From assembly GCA_009773315.1 (NCBI GenBank), contig WRPE01000011.1:132-64131 (forward strand): DNA of 64,000 nucleotides. Reading direction: 5' to 3'. Every line of letters begins with the position of its first letter. Within the stretch, counting starts at the first letter, position 1. The position numbers were made by a program, and so were the translations under genes. This DNA comes from Syntrophaceae bacterium (lineage in GTDB: Bacteria; Desulfobacterota; Syntrophia; Syntrophales; Smithellaceae). Below the pieces are notes generated by a model. The model ran no database searches. It had not been told where the DNA came from and saw nothing but the letters and a program-made list of their open reading frames with translations. Shown here piece after piece: positions 56,061 through 64,000 of this stretch.

Positions 56061-56986
56061 TGGCGGATGGGCAGGCCATACAGAATGCCTTGGACGGTTT
56101 GAGCGTCGGCAAAATATGGTTTGACGAACCGATGTCGCGTCATGCGTCGCTGAAACTGGGTGGCAAGGTTGATGCGTTGGTGATGACCGAAAACGAAGAT
56201 CAGCTAGGCGAAGTCGTGCAAAGGCTGAGGGCAAAAAGTATTCCATTTTTGCCGGTCGGGAATCTCACCAATATTCTCGTGCGCGACGGCGGATACCGTG
56301 GCGTCCTGTTATGGATGCGTGGACTGGATCAGGTGATCTGTGGGTCCCGGGAAAATGGACAATATTTTATCGACGCGCAGGCGGGCGCGATACTGGCAAA
56401 GGTCGTAACGCTTGCGGCCGCCCAGGAATTGACCGGTCTGGAGTTTTGCACGGGGATTCCCGGCAGTGTCGGCGGCGCCGTCTGGATGAACGCCGGCGCG
56501 TATGGAACGGAAATAAAAGATGTCATCTCCACCGTATTGGTGATGGACGGTCAGGGGAAAAAGAAAATGTTACAGCGCGACGAGATCGCGTTTGCCTATC
56601 GCCAATCCAATCTGCCCGCGGATGTCATCATTTGCGGGGTGCGCTTCAACTTGCAAAAGGGTGACGGGGTGCAAATTCGCGAGCGGATGGCCGAAATCAT
56701 GAAATGGCGTCAGGAAAAGCATCCGCTGCAGTATCACAATGCCGGATCGGTTTTTAAGAATTTGCCGGGAATGCCGGCCGGCCGTCTGATTGAGGAATTG
56801 GGTTTGAAAGGCGTACGGCGCGGCGATGTACAGGTGTCGAAGAAACACGCCAATTTCATTGTGAATAAAGGCCAGGGCACCGCCTCGGATATGATCACGC
56901 TGATCACATTTATCAAGGAGACGGCCGAGAAAGAAAAAGGCGTCAAACTGGAAACGGAAATAGTTATTGTCGGAGAGAACTTGTGA
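56060..56986 (+). CDS. murB: UDP-N-acetylenolpyruvoylglucosamine reductase MurB
   Basis: FAD-binding PCMH-type domain (LKLGGKVDAL..., GIPGSVGGAVWMNAGAYG) and C-terminal GSVFKN...AGRLIE. Confidence 0.93.
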   Translation: MADGQAIQNALDGLSVGKIWFDEPMSRHASLKLGGKVDALVMTENEDQLGEVVQRLRAKSIPFLPVGNLTNILVRDGGYRGVLLWMRGLDQVICGSRENGQYFIDAQAGAILAKVVTLAAAQELTGLEFCTGIPGSVGGAVWMNAGAYGTEIKDVISTVLVMDGQGKKKMLQRDEIAFAYRQSNLPADVIICGVRFNLQKGDGVQIRERMAEIMKWRQEKHPLQYHNAGSVFKNLPGMPAGRLIEELGLKGVRRGDVQVSKKHANFIVNKGQGTASDMITLITFIKETAEKEKGVKLETEIVIVGENL

Positions 56987-57828
56987 GCGGAAAAATAAAA
57001 GTCAATCTGGAAGCCAAAAAATACCGTCTACGCCGGCGTCTGATCGGAGCATTGGGCGAATCATTAGGTGCTCTGGGTCTGCTTATCGCAGCAGCCGTTC
57101 TCAGTGTCTTGTTTATCTATGCCTACAGCGCGCTTTTGAGCGCCTCTTATCTGGAAGTCAAAGAAGTGTCCGTGCGCGGGGTGAAAGAACTGACGGAAAA
57201 AGACATTCTGGCGATGGCGAAAATTTTGCCGCGTGCGAATATTCTATCTGTAAGCACGGATGCCGTGGCCCGGCGAATATCCGCCAATCCCTGGGTCAAG
57301 AATGTTTACGTCGGCCGGGAACTGCCGAATCGTCTGGTGCTTGAGGTGCGCGAGCGGACGCCGATTGCCCTGGTCAAACAGGCCGGGAATCTTTATCTGA
57401 TGGATGGGGAAGGTTTTGCCTTTAAAAAATTATCTAAAGGCGATGATGTCGATCTGGCCATCATAACCGGCGTGAACATTCAGGCCAAAGCGCAATCCGC
57501 TTTACTGGCCGAGGCGCTGAAACTCCTGGAGACACTATCCGCCTCTGATCAACACGTGGTATTGGGAACGGTTTCCGAAATGCATATTGATGAAGTATTC
57601 GGTTTATCCGTCCTGACGGACAAAGGATTGCATTTAAAATTGGGTCGGGAGAATTTTGCGGGTAAGCTCCATCAGCTTCAGATTGTCTTGGCCGATCTGG
57701 AAAAGCGGGGCATGAAAAACGGTCATTTGTTCGTTGATCTGGCCGATGTTTCCAAAGTTACTGTTCAGCGTAAAGACATACTGGAAAAATCACAGGAACA
57801 GAAAAAAGGACCGCAGTACAGACTATAA
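56983..57828 (+). CDS. ftsQ: Cell division protein FtsQ (POTRA domain)
   Basis: Single TM helix, then a POTRA-like region (LEVKEVSVRGVKELTEKDIL...). It sits between murB and ftsA. GTG start overlaps the murB stop. Confidence 0.8.
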   Translation: MSGKIKVNLEAKKYRLRRRLIGALGESLGALGLLIAAAVLSVLFIYAYSALLSASYLEVKEVSVRGVKELTEKDILAMAKILPRANILSVSTDAVARRISANPWVKNVYVGRELPNRLVLEVRERTPIALVKQAGNLYLMDGEGFAFKKLSKGDDVDLAIITGVNIQAKAQSALLAEALKLLETLSASDQHVVLGTVSEMHIDEVFGLSVLTDKGLHLKLGRENFAGKLHQLQIVLADLEKRGMKNGHLFVDLADVSKVTVQRKDILEKSQEQKKGPQYRL

Positions 57829-57855
57829 TTGGCGGCTATGGAAAAGGGTGAAACG

Positions 57856-59082
57856 ATGAGGAGAAAAAGTAATGTTCTGGTGGGAATCGATATTGGAACG
57901 ACGAAGACAGCGACCATTGTCGGTGAGGTGACGGAAACCGGCATTGACATCATCGGGATGGGGATAACACCCGCCAAAGAGTTGAGAAAAGGCGGCGTGG
58001 TCAACATCGACAGCACTGTCGAGGCGATCAAAAAGGCTGTGGAGGATGCCGAACACATGTCTGGATGCCGCATCAATTCCGCTTACGTCGGTATCGCCGG
58101 CCCTCATATTAAAGGACAGAACTCGCTGGGGATTGTCGCCGTCAAAGGCCGGGAAGTCGGCGAAGACGATCTGCAAAGGGCGATTGAAGCGTCCAAGGCC
58201 ATTGCCATTCCCGTGGATCGGGAAATTCTGCACACGCTACCCCAGAACTATGTGGTGGACGGCCAGGACGGCATCCGTGATCCCGTGGGGATGTCGGGTG
58301 TGCGTCTCGAGGCGAAAGTGCATATTGTAACGGGCTCCGCCGCATCCATCCAGAATATAGTGAAATCCGTCAATCGCGTCGGTCTGGATATCGATGATGT
58401 TGTTCTGGAGCAGCTGGCGGCCAGCGAGGCCATTCTCAGTTCCGACGAAAAAGATCTGGGCGTCGCTTTGATCGACATCGGCGGATCGACCACCGGCATC
58501 GCCATCTTTGCGGAAGGCAGCATCAAGCATACGGCCACTCTACCGGTGGGCGGCAACTTCCTGACATCGGATATCGCTACCGGTTTGCGCACGCCTTTTG
58601 CGGAAGCCGAAAAAATCAAGCTGAAGTATGGTTGCGCTCTGACGTCGATGATTCCGAAGGAAGAGACCATTGAAGTGCCCAGCGTCGGCGGCCGGGAAGC
58701 GCGCATGGTGTCGCGTCAGATCCTGGGCAGAATCGTGGAGCCCCGCATGGATGAAATCCTCAACATGGCGCTCAAGGAAATGGTCCGTTCGGGCTATGAA
58801 GATCTGCTGGCGGCGGGTCTCGTGTTGACCGGTGGTACGTCGCTTTTGCCCGGCATCAATGAAATGGCGGAGCAGATTTTTGACATGCCGGTGCGCCGGG
58901 GCTATCCCACAGGTGTCGGCGGTTTGAGCGATGTTGCCAATTCACCGGCTTTTGCCGTCGGCGTCGGTTTGATTATCTACGGAAGCAAAAATACGTCGAG
59001 CGATTCGGTCTATCGAAAGACGGGTAATGTCTTCAGTGAATTTTTTAAAACAATTAAAAAATGGTTTTTAGAGTTTTTCTAA
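57856..59082 (+). CDS. ftsA: Cell division protein FtsA
   Basis: VGIDIGTTK actin-like phosphate-1 motif and DIGGSTTGIAIF. The start is uncertain (TTG 57829, ATG 57838 or ATG 57856). Confidence 0.93.
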   Translation: MRRKSNVLVGIDIGTTKTATIVGEVTETGIDIIGMGITPAKELRKGGVVNIDSTVEAIKKAVEDAEHMSGCRINSAYVGIAGPHIKGQNSLGIVAVKGREVGEDDLQRAIEASKAIAIPVDREILHTLPQNYVVDGQDGIRDPVGMSGVRLEAKVHIVTGSAASIQNIVKSVNRVGLDIDDVVLEQLAASEAILSSDEKDLGVALIDIGGSTTGIAIFAEGSIKHTATLPVGGNFLTSDIATGLRTPFAEAEKIKLKYGCALTSMIPKEETIEVPSVGGREARMVSRQILGRIVEPRMDEILNMALKEMVRSGYEDLLAAGLVLTGGTSLLPGINEMAEQIFDMPVRRGYPTGVGGLSDVANSPAFAVGVGLIIYGSKNTSSDSVYRKTGNVFSEFFKTIKKWFLEFF

Positions 59083-59100
59083 ACAAAGAAGGGGGTGCGC

Positions 59101-60252
59101 ATGTTTGAATTAACGGAAGTATGCATCGAAAATTCGGCAAAAATTAAAGTGGTGGGCGCGGGCGGGGGCGGCGGTAACGCCATCAATACCATGATTTCCT
59201 ACTCGCTGCGGGGCGTCGATTTCATTATCGCCAACACGGACGCCCAGGCGCTGGGGGCGTCGAGCGCGCCCGTTAAAATCCAGATCGGAGCGGAAGTCAC
59301 CAGGGGCCTGGGAGCCGGTTCCAATCCAGACATCGGCAAACAGTCGGCCCTGGAATCCCGCGATGAAATCCGCCGGCATCTGGAAGGCGCGGACATGATT
59401 TTTATCACAGCAGGCCTGGGTGGCGGCACCGGCACAGGTGCTGCGCCGGTGATCGCGCAGGTGGCCCGCGAGTGTGGCGCGCTGACCGTGGCCGTGGTGA
59501 CCAAGCCTTTTCAGTTTGAAGGCAAAAAAAGAAATTTACAAGCCGAGGAAGGCATCGTACAGTTGCGCGACGTGGTTGATACCCTGATTGTGGTTCCCAA
59601 TCAGCGGCTGCTCAGTCTGGGCGGACGCGGCCTGTCGCTTCTGGACGCTTTTAAAAAAGCGGATGATATTTTGTATCAGGCCGTCAAAGGCATATCCGAT
59701 CTGATTGTTGTTCCGGGGCTGATCAATCTCGATTTCGCCGATGTGAAAAATATCATGTGCAATATGGGCATGGCGCTGATGGGCACCGGCACGGCCAGCG
59801 GCGAAAACCGCGCTATTGAGGCCGCGCAACGGGCGATCTCCTCGCCGCTTCTGGAAGACAATACCATTCAGGGCGCGCGGGGTATTCTGCTCAGCATCAC
59901 CGGCGGACCGGATATGAGCCTGTATGAAGTCAATGAAGCCTCGTCTCTGATTCAGTCCGAAGCGCATGAAGACGCTAATATTATCTTCGGCACGGTCATT
60001 GATGAAAACATGAAGGATGAAATAAGAATAACCGTGATTGCGACCGGTTTTGAAGACGCGATGAAAAAAAAGCAGACGCCGTCCAATGTGGCTCATCTGG
60101 GTGGCTTTCGGAAAGAAGATTTATCGACGCCCGCTTTCCTGCGCAAAGAAAAATCCCGCGACCAGGCCAATGTGCTGACGATGGGCATCAACGATGAAAG
60201 TGAAAACGTCGATATCGAAATTCCCACGTTTCTGCGCCGGCAGGCGGATTAG
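59101..60252 (+). CDS. ftsZ: Cell division GTPase FtsZ
   Basis: [11 protein letters not shown] and the tubulin signature [11 protein letters not shown]. The conserved C-terminal peptide is [16 protein letters not shown] 59095 is an alternative start. Confidence 0.97.
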   Translation: MFELTEVCIENSAKIKVVGAGGGGGNAINTMISYSLRGVDFIIANTDAQALGASSAPVKIQIGAEVTRGLGAGSNPDIGKQSALESRDEIRRHLEGADMIFITAGLGGGTGTGAAPVIAQVARECGALTVAVVTKPFQFEGKKRNLQAEEGIVQLRDVVDTLIVVPNQRLLSLGGRGLSLLDAFKKADDILYQAVKGISDLIVVPGLINLDFADVKNIMCNMGMALMGTGTASGENRAIEAAQRAISSPLLEDNTIQGARGILLSITGGPDMSLYEVNEASSLIQSEAHEDANIIFGTVIDENMKDEIRITVIATGFEDAMKKKQTPSNVAHLGGFRKEDLSTPAFLRKEKSRDQANVLTMGINDESENVDIEIPTFLRRQAD

Positions 60253-60308
60253 AAGTCTGTTCGTGGTCTTCTGACTAAAGACGAAGGGACAGAGGCCATG
60301 GGAAACGC

Positions 60309-62015
60309 ATGAACTGGAAACAGAAAAAAAAATACGAAACCCTTTTAGCCCGGGAGCAGGGTTTTGTAAAAAAAGTTTGGGGAACCTGCCATACGGTTTG
60401 CCTGGCCTATCCCAATGTTTACCGGATCGGCATGGCCAACCTCGGGTTCCAGACTGTTTATAAGATCATTAATGAGACCCCTTCCTTTCTTTGTGAAAGA
60501 GTGTTTCTGCCCGCCGGTGACGACGCCGAATTCGTCGCCGGCGCGGTGGAAATGGTCAGCCTGGAAAACCAAAAGCCCATTGGTGATTTTGACATTCTTG
60601 CCTTTTCCGTTTCTTTTGAAAACGATTATCCGTCCATCCTGAAGATACTGGACTTGGGCGGTATTCCGCTCAAGGCAGAAGACCGCACGAGCAGGAATCC
60701 GCTGGTGATCGGCGGCGGAATCTCGCTCACGTTGAATCCCGAACCGCTGGCTGATTTTTTTGACGTCTTTATTTTGGGCGAAGCGGAAGAAATTCTGCCG
60801 CAGTTCGCGCGCCTGTTTGCGGATGCCGTCCGTCGTGGGTTTGATCGCAAAGCCCTGCTCAGCGCTTTGCAAAAACAAATACCGGGACTATACGTTCCTT
60901 CCCTTTACGCGCCGCGTTATCTTCCCGACGGGAAAATTCAGGATATTGTGCCGCAGGAAGAGGGATTACCCTGGAGAATTCAGGTTTCCCCCATAAAAAA
61001 CATTAATGCCTTTTGCACAACCGAAGTTGTCAGCAGCGCCGATTCGGAAATGTCGGAGATGTTTCTGGTGGAAGTCAATCGCGGCTGTCCGCACCTCTGC
61101 CGGTTTTGTGCGGCAGGCTTCGTTTATGCGCCGCCGCGCTTCCGCAGCCATGAAGAAATCATCTCGGCCATCGATCGTGGTTTGATGGTGAAAAATAAAA
61201 TCGGCCTGGTCGGCACGGCGGTTTCCGATCATCCCGATCTGGTGAAAATTTGTCAGTACATTGTTGACCACAATGCGCAAGCCGGTATCGGCTCTTTGCG
61301 TGTTGATCAGATCGATGAAAAAATAGTGGACATTCTCAAGGCGGGCGGCATTGAGACGATTGTGCTTGCGCCCGAAGCGGGAAGCCAGCGGCTGCGCGAT
61401 CTGCTGCGCAAAGGGATCACCGAGGACGATATTTTGTGCGCTACCCGTTTGCTGATTAAAAAGGAAATGTCCAATCTGCGGTTGTACTTTATGGTGGGGT
61501 TGCCGACGGAAACAGATGAAGACATCGACGCCATCATTGATCTGGCAAAAAAAATTCAGCACACCGCCCTTGGTCATACGGAAGGCAAACGAAAATTCCG
61601 GCGCATCACGCTGAGCATCAATCAATTTATTCCCAAGCCCCGCACGCCGCTGCAATGGTGCGCTTTGGCAGATGTTCAGGATGTGGGAAAGAAAATTAAA
61701 AAAATTGCCAATGCATTCCGTCAAGACAAGCAGATCAACGTCATTGCCGATGTGCCAAAGTGGAACTACGTGCAGGCGCTCCTGTCGCTGGGCGACCGGC
61801 GTGTGGGTGATATTCTTATGACCGTCCATCGACTCAACGGCAACTGGATGAGGGCGTTTAAAGATGTGAACATCAATCCCGACTTCTACGTCTATCGTCA
61901 AAAAGATTTGAATGAAGTTCTGCCGTGGGATATCATCGAAGTCGGTGTGTCGAAAAGGCATCTGATTCATGAGTACGAAAAAGGCTTAGGCTTAAGGCCG
62001 AAGGCTGAAGGCTGA
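60309..62015 (+). CDS. Radical SAM protein with N-terminal B12-binding-like domain (TIGR03960-like architecture)
   Basis: CPHLCRFCAAG (CxxxCxxC) follows a roughly 230-aa Rossmann-like N-domain (LAYPNVYRIGMANLGFQ..., PLVIGGG...NPEPLADFFDVFILGEAEE). Confidence 0.7.
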   Translation: MNWKQKKKYETLLAREQGFVKKVWGTCHTVCLAYPNVYRIGMANLGFQTVYKIINETPSFLCERVFLPAGDDAEFVAGAVEMVSLENQKPIGDFDILAFSVSFENDYPSILKILDLGGIPLKAEDRTSRNPLVIGGGISLTLNPEPLADFFDVFILGEAEEILPQFARLFADAVRRGFDRKALLSALQKQIPGLYVPSLYAPRYLPDGKIQDIVPQEEGLPWRIQVSPIKNINAFCTTEVVSSADSEMSEMFLVEVNRGCPHLCRFCAAGFVYAPPRFRSHEEIISAIDRGLMVKNKIGLVGTAVSDHPDLVKICQYIVDHNAQAGIGSLRVDQIDEKIVDILKAGGIETIVLAPEAGSQRLRDLLRKGITEDDILCATRLLIKKEMSNLRLYFMVGLPTETDEDIDAIIDLAKKIQHTALGHTEGKRKFRRITLSINQFIPKPRTPLQWCALADVQDVGKKIKKIANAFRQDKQINVIADVPKWNYVQALLSLGDRRVGDILMTVHRLNGNWMRAFKDVNINPDFYVYRQKDLNEVLPWDIIEVGVSKRHLIHEYEKGLGLRPKAEG

Positions 62016-62028
62016 AGGCTGAAGTAAG
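61981..62028 (+). repeat. Heptanucleotide microsatellite (AAGGCTG)n spanning the stop codon of the radical SAM gene
   Basis: Three perfect AAGGCTG units at 62001-62021, flanked by degenerate units (AAGGCTT, AGGCTT, AAGGCCG, AAGTAAG). Confidence 0.85.
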
Positions 62029-62072
62029 TCGTAAAGCACGGCCAGATAGATGCTTCAAATACTTTTATGGTG

Positions 62073-62101
62073 TTGACATACCTTTCTTTTGCTCCTATAG
62101 T
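62073..62101 (+). promoter_or_regulatory. Sigma-70-type promoter upstream of the SCP2-domain gene
   Basis: TTGACA at 62073-62078, 17-nt spacer, TATAGT at 62096-62101. The implied leader is about 105 nt. Confidence 0.55.
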
Positions 62102-62215
62102 TTCCGCGAGCGAAAGATATTCGTTATTAATCGGTCTTGAAGAGGATACGTAGTCTGTAAACAAAATTGATCCGGCCGCCCATGCCGGCCAACAAACAAG
62201 ACAGGAGGAGTCAAT

Positions 62216-62617
62216 ATGTCAGATCTGCACGCCTATTTAGGTCCGTCATGGCGCGACGAAGCGCTCAAAAGGCTTCAATTGGAACTTACCCCGGAAAAAA
62301 TGAATAACGTCACCACATCGATGTCCAACATTTACAAAAACTGTCCCGGCGGTGTGGAAATGTTTCTTTTTGTTGAATGCAAAGAAGGGAAGGTCACCCG
62401 CGTGGAAACGGGGGTAGGCGAGCCTCCCCAGGGGGAATTCAGAATCATCGGAGATTATCAAACTTTTGCCAGAATTTCCCGCGCGGAACTTGGCGCGCAA
62501 AAGGCTCTGATGACCGGAAAGCTGAAGCTCAAGGGCAATCTGGCCCGCGCGCTCAAACTGGCAGCCGTGTCCGACCGTCTGAACAAAGTTCTGGCCCGGA
62601 TTCCAACTCAGTATTAA
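62216..62617 (+). CDS. SCP2 sterol/lipid-binding-domain protein, 133 aa
   Basis: The C-terminal ...AQKALMTGKLKLKGNLARALKL... is the typical SCP2 helix motif. SD AGGAGGAG lies upstream. Confidence 0.65.
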   Translation: MSDLHAYLGPSWRDEALKRLQLELTPEKMNNVTTSMSNIYKNCPGGVEMFLFVECKEGKVTRVETGVGEPPQGEFRIIGDYQTFARISRAELGAQKALMTGKLKLKGNLARALKLAAVSDRLNKVLARIPTQY

Positions 62618-62631
62618 AGGGAGACAAAAAT

Positions 62632-63855
62632 ATGACCAGAAGATTAGACCCCCAGGACAAGTATTATATCGACAATCCGGGACGCGTGAAGGCGATCCAA
62701 GCCCGGATGCATAAGCGCGGCATTGATGTTTATCTTGGTTCTCGCATCCGTACCATGAGTTTTGTGATGGATACCTTCTGCCCGTGGCGAAGTTATCTGA
62801 TCATTCCGTCCGAAGGACAGCCCACCTATTTTACATTTGTGGTCGATGCGCTGCGCGTGGGCGACGAAACCTGGCTGGACAGCGATCATGTTCGCGCCTA
62901 TGGACCGATGGGCGGCATGGATCAGGTTTCCGCCATCACTGATTTTATCAAGGACGAACTCGGCATTCAAAAGGGACGCCTCGGCTACGAGGACGGTATT
63001 TCCACCTACACGGCCGAAGGAAATCTTTCCCATTGGGAATACACTCATTTTAAAGACGCGCTTCCCGGTTTTGAATGGATCAACTCGCACGATATCATTG
63101 ATGCCCTTTCTCTGATCAAAGATAAAGGCACCATCGAACGTTTCCGCACCGCATCGCTGATTGTCGATGAAGGACACAAGGCGGCACGGGCTGCGCTGGA
63201 AAATGGCGGCTACAAAGGCATGACGGAAACTGTGATTGCCGGCATCGCGGCGCTGGCCATGCGCAAGGCAGGCAGCGTGTCGGAGTGGAATTTTGCAGGG
63301 CTCAATGAAATATCCAGCGGATTTCGCACGGGACTGGGCGCCTGCACGCCGCCCACCACCAAAGAGATCATGGCGGGCGAACCGTTGATGCTGGATTTTC
63401 ACGCGATGTTCAAACTGGCGCTGGGCGATCACTCGCACAATTATCTGATCGGACCCGCCACTAAACGTCAGCGCTGGCACGCGGATAACTTTGTCGCGAT
63501 TATTCAGAAAGTCATTGATAATTACCGTGCCGGGACAACGCCGGGAACGCTTGCCGCCATCATGATGGACTTTGCGGAATCGCGCGGCTGCGGTGATTTT
63601 ATTCAGCCTGCCTGCGAACACGGGATCGGCCTTTTTGGCGATGAGTGGCGGATCGGCGCCGTCGTCAATCCCGACCTTCCTTACTGGACGGATCAGGATC
63701 ACGTCTATCAGGAAAACGAAATGGTCGTCTGCGCGATGCAGTATGCCGCGCCGGAAGAAAATATTGGATTCCGTTATGAAAATGATATTGTCATCGTCAA
63801 AGGCGGTTGTGAGGTCTTATCGAAATATCCGCTGGGCATTGAAGAAATATCGTAA
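62632..63855 (+). CDS. M24-family (Xaa-Pro peptidase / creatinase-like) protein
   Basis: Creatinase/prolidase-like N-domain (RVKAIQARMHKRGIDVYL...) and pita-bread C-domain (...LMLDFHAMF..., ...ENDIVIVKGGCEVLS). ATG 62632 follows SD AAAGGGAGA. The ORF-track start 62377 overlaps the SCP2 gene and is rejected. Confidence 0.65.
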   Translation: MTRRLDPQDKYYIDNPGRVKAIQARMHKRGIDVYLGSRIRTMSFVMDTFCPWRSYLIIPSEGQPTYFTFVVDALRVGDETWLDSDHVRAYGPMGGMDQVSAITDFIKDELGIQKGRLGYEDGISTYTAEGNLSHWEYTHFKDALPGFEWINSHDIIDALSLIKDKGTIERFRTASLIVDEGHKAARAALENGGYKGMTETVIAGIAALAMRKAGSVSEWNFAGLNEISSGFRTGLGACTPPTTKEIMAGEPLMLDFHAMFKLALGDHSHNYLIGPATKRQRWHADNFVAIIQKVIDNYRAGTTPGTLAAIMMDFAESRGCGDFIQPACEHGIGLFGDEWRIGAVVNPDLPYWTDQDHVYQENEMVVCAMQYAAPEENIGFRYENDIVIVKGGCEVLSKYPLGIEEIS

Positions 63856-64000
63856 GAACAAGGGGTCCGGCGACCCTAAAATAATATTGGCTTTATGCTT
63901 GAGGGTGGTGTATTATTAAAAAATAAACGAACCGACGCTTTGGTATCATGAACTTTCATCACCATCAGTCATCATAGGGGGAGGGTCAATGCTGAAAGGA

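Noticed and set aside
61981-62028. The heptanucleotide (AAGGCTG)n tract as a phase-variation switch for the radical SAM gene.
   Set aside because: The stop codon TGA (62013-62015) is formed within the second and third units. Gain or loss of whole units regenerates the same reading frame and the same C-terminus (...KAEG stop), so copy-number change should not alter the protein.
1-64000. Search for in-frame TGA (selenocysteine) recoding, tRNA/rRNA genes, transposases, integrases, toxin-antitoxin pairs and known defence-system genes.
   Set aside because: No adjacent same-frame ORF pairs are separated by a single TGA. No intergenic segment shows tRNA-like acceptor or T-arm features. No ORF carries DDE, tyrosine-recombinase, nuclease-helicase or other defence hallmarks that I can recognise. 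Apart from the cluster at 1.9-6.5 kb, the window appears to be core housekeeping DNA.

Overview
This 64 kb window is densely coding. It looks like the core chromosome of a diderm bacterium, because it carries LptD, Tol-Pal and a LolB-like lipoprotein. SelB and a radical-SAM enzyme suggest an anaerobic deltaproteobacterium-like organism, but that taxonomic guess cannot be verified here.

Gene order:
- Plus strand, 1-29.2 kb: a porin-like gene 3' end; a small EF-Tu-domain-2-like protein; a phoB-like response regulator; an uncharacterised five-ORF cluster (two unknown large ORFs, a divergent phosphatidylserine-decarboxylase-family protein, DksA, an Lgt-family membrane protein); pstSCAB-phoU-phoR; DUF169 and DUF5329 genes; an acyl-CoA dehydrogenase; a class-II phosphodiesterase-like MBL hydrolase; folC; lptD; rplM-rpsI; argC; cysS; ctpA-like; yibQ-like; a TPR lipoprotein; a LolB-like lipoprotein.
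- Minus strand, 29.4-41.3 kb: selB; yhaM-like; epmB; efp; epmA; tolQ-tolR-tolA-tolB-pal-ybgF. One plus-strand lipoprotein gene is embedded in this block.
- Plus strand, 41.4-64 kb: ruvX; mltG; a complete dcw cluster (mraZ-rsmH-ftsL-ftsI-murE/murF fusion-mraY-murD-ftsW-murG-murC-murB-ftsQ-ftsA-ftsZ); a radical-SAM protein; an SCP2-domain protein; an M24 peptidase-like protein.

I saw no rRNA, tRNA, CRISPR array, transposase, integrase or recognisable defence genes.

The best candidate for something undescribed is the tightly coupled cluster at 1.9-6.5 kb. It sits inside the Pho signalling and transport locus and is preceded by a Pho-box-like promoter with the same architecture as the pstS promoter.

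Other notable items:
- a murE-murF gene fusion;
- a modular REP-like repeat family built on a TCCCGC-N4-GCGGGA hairpin core (three composite copies plus a paired unit);
- three GTGG direct repeats at 10-bp spacing in the mraZ leader;
- several strong hairpins and palindromes in intergenic regions.

All functional calls come from motifs I recognise by eye in the supplied translations. No database search was run.
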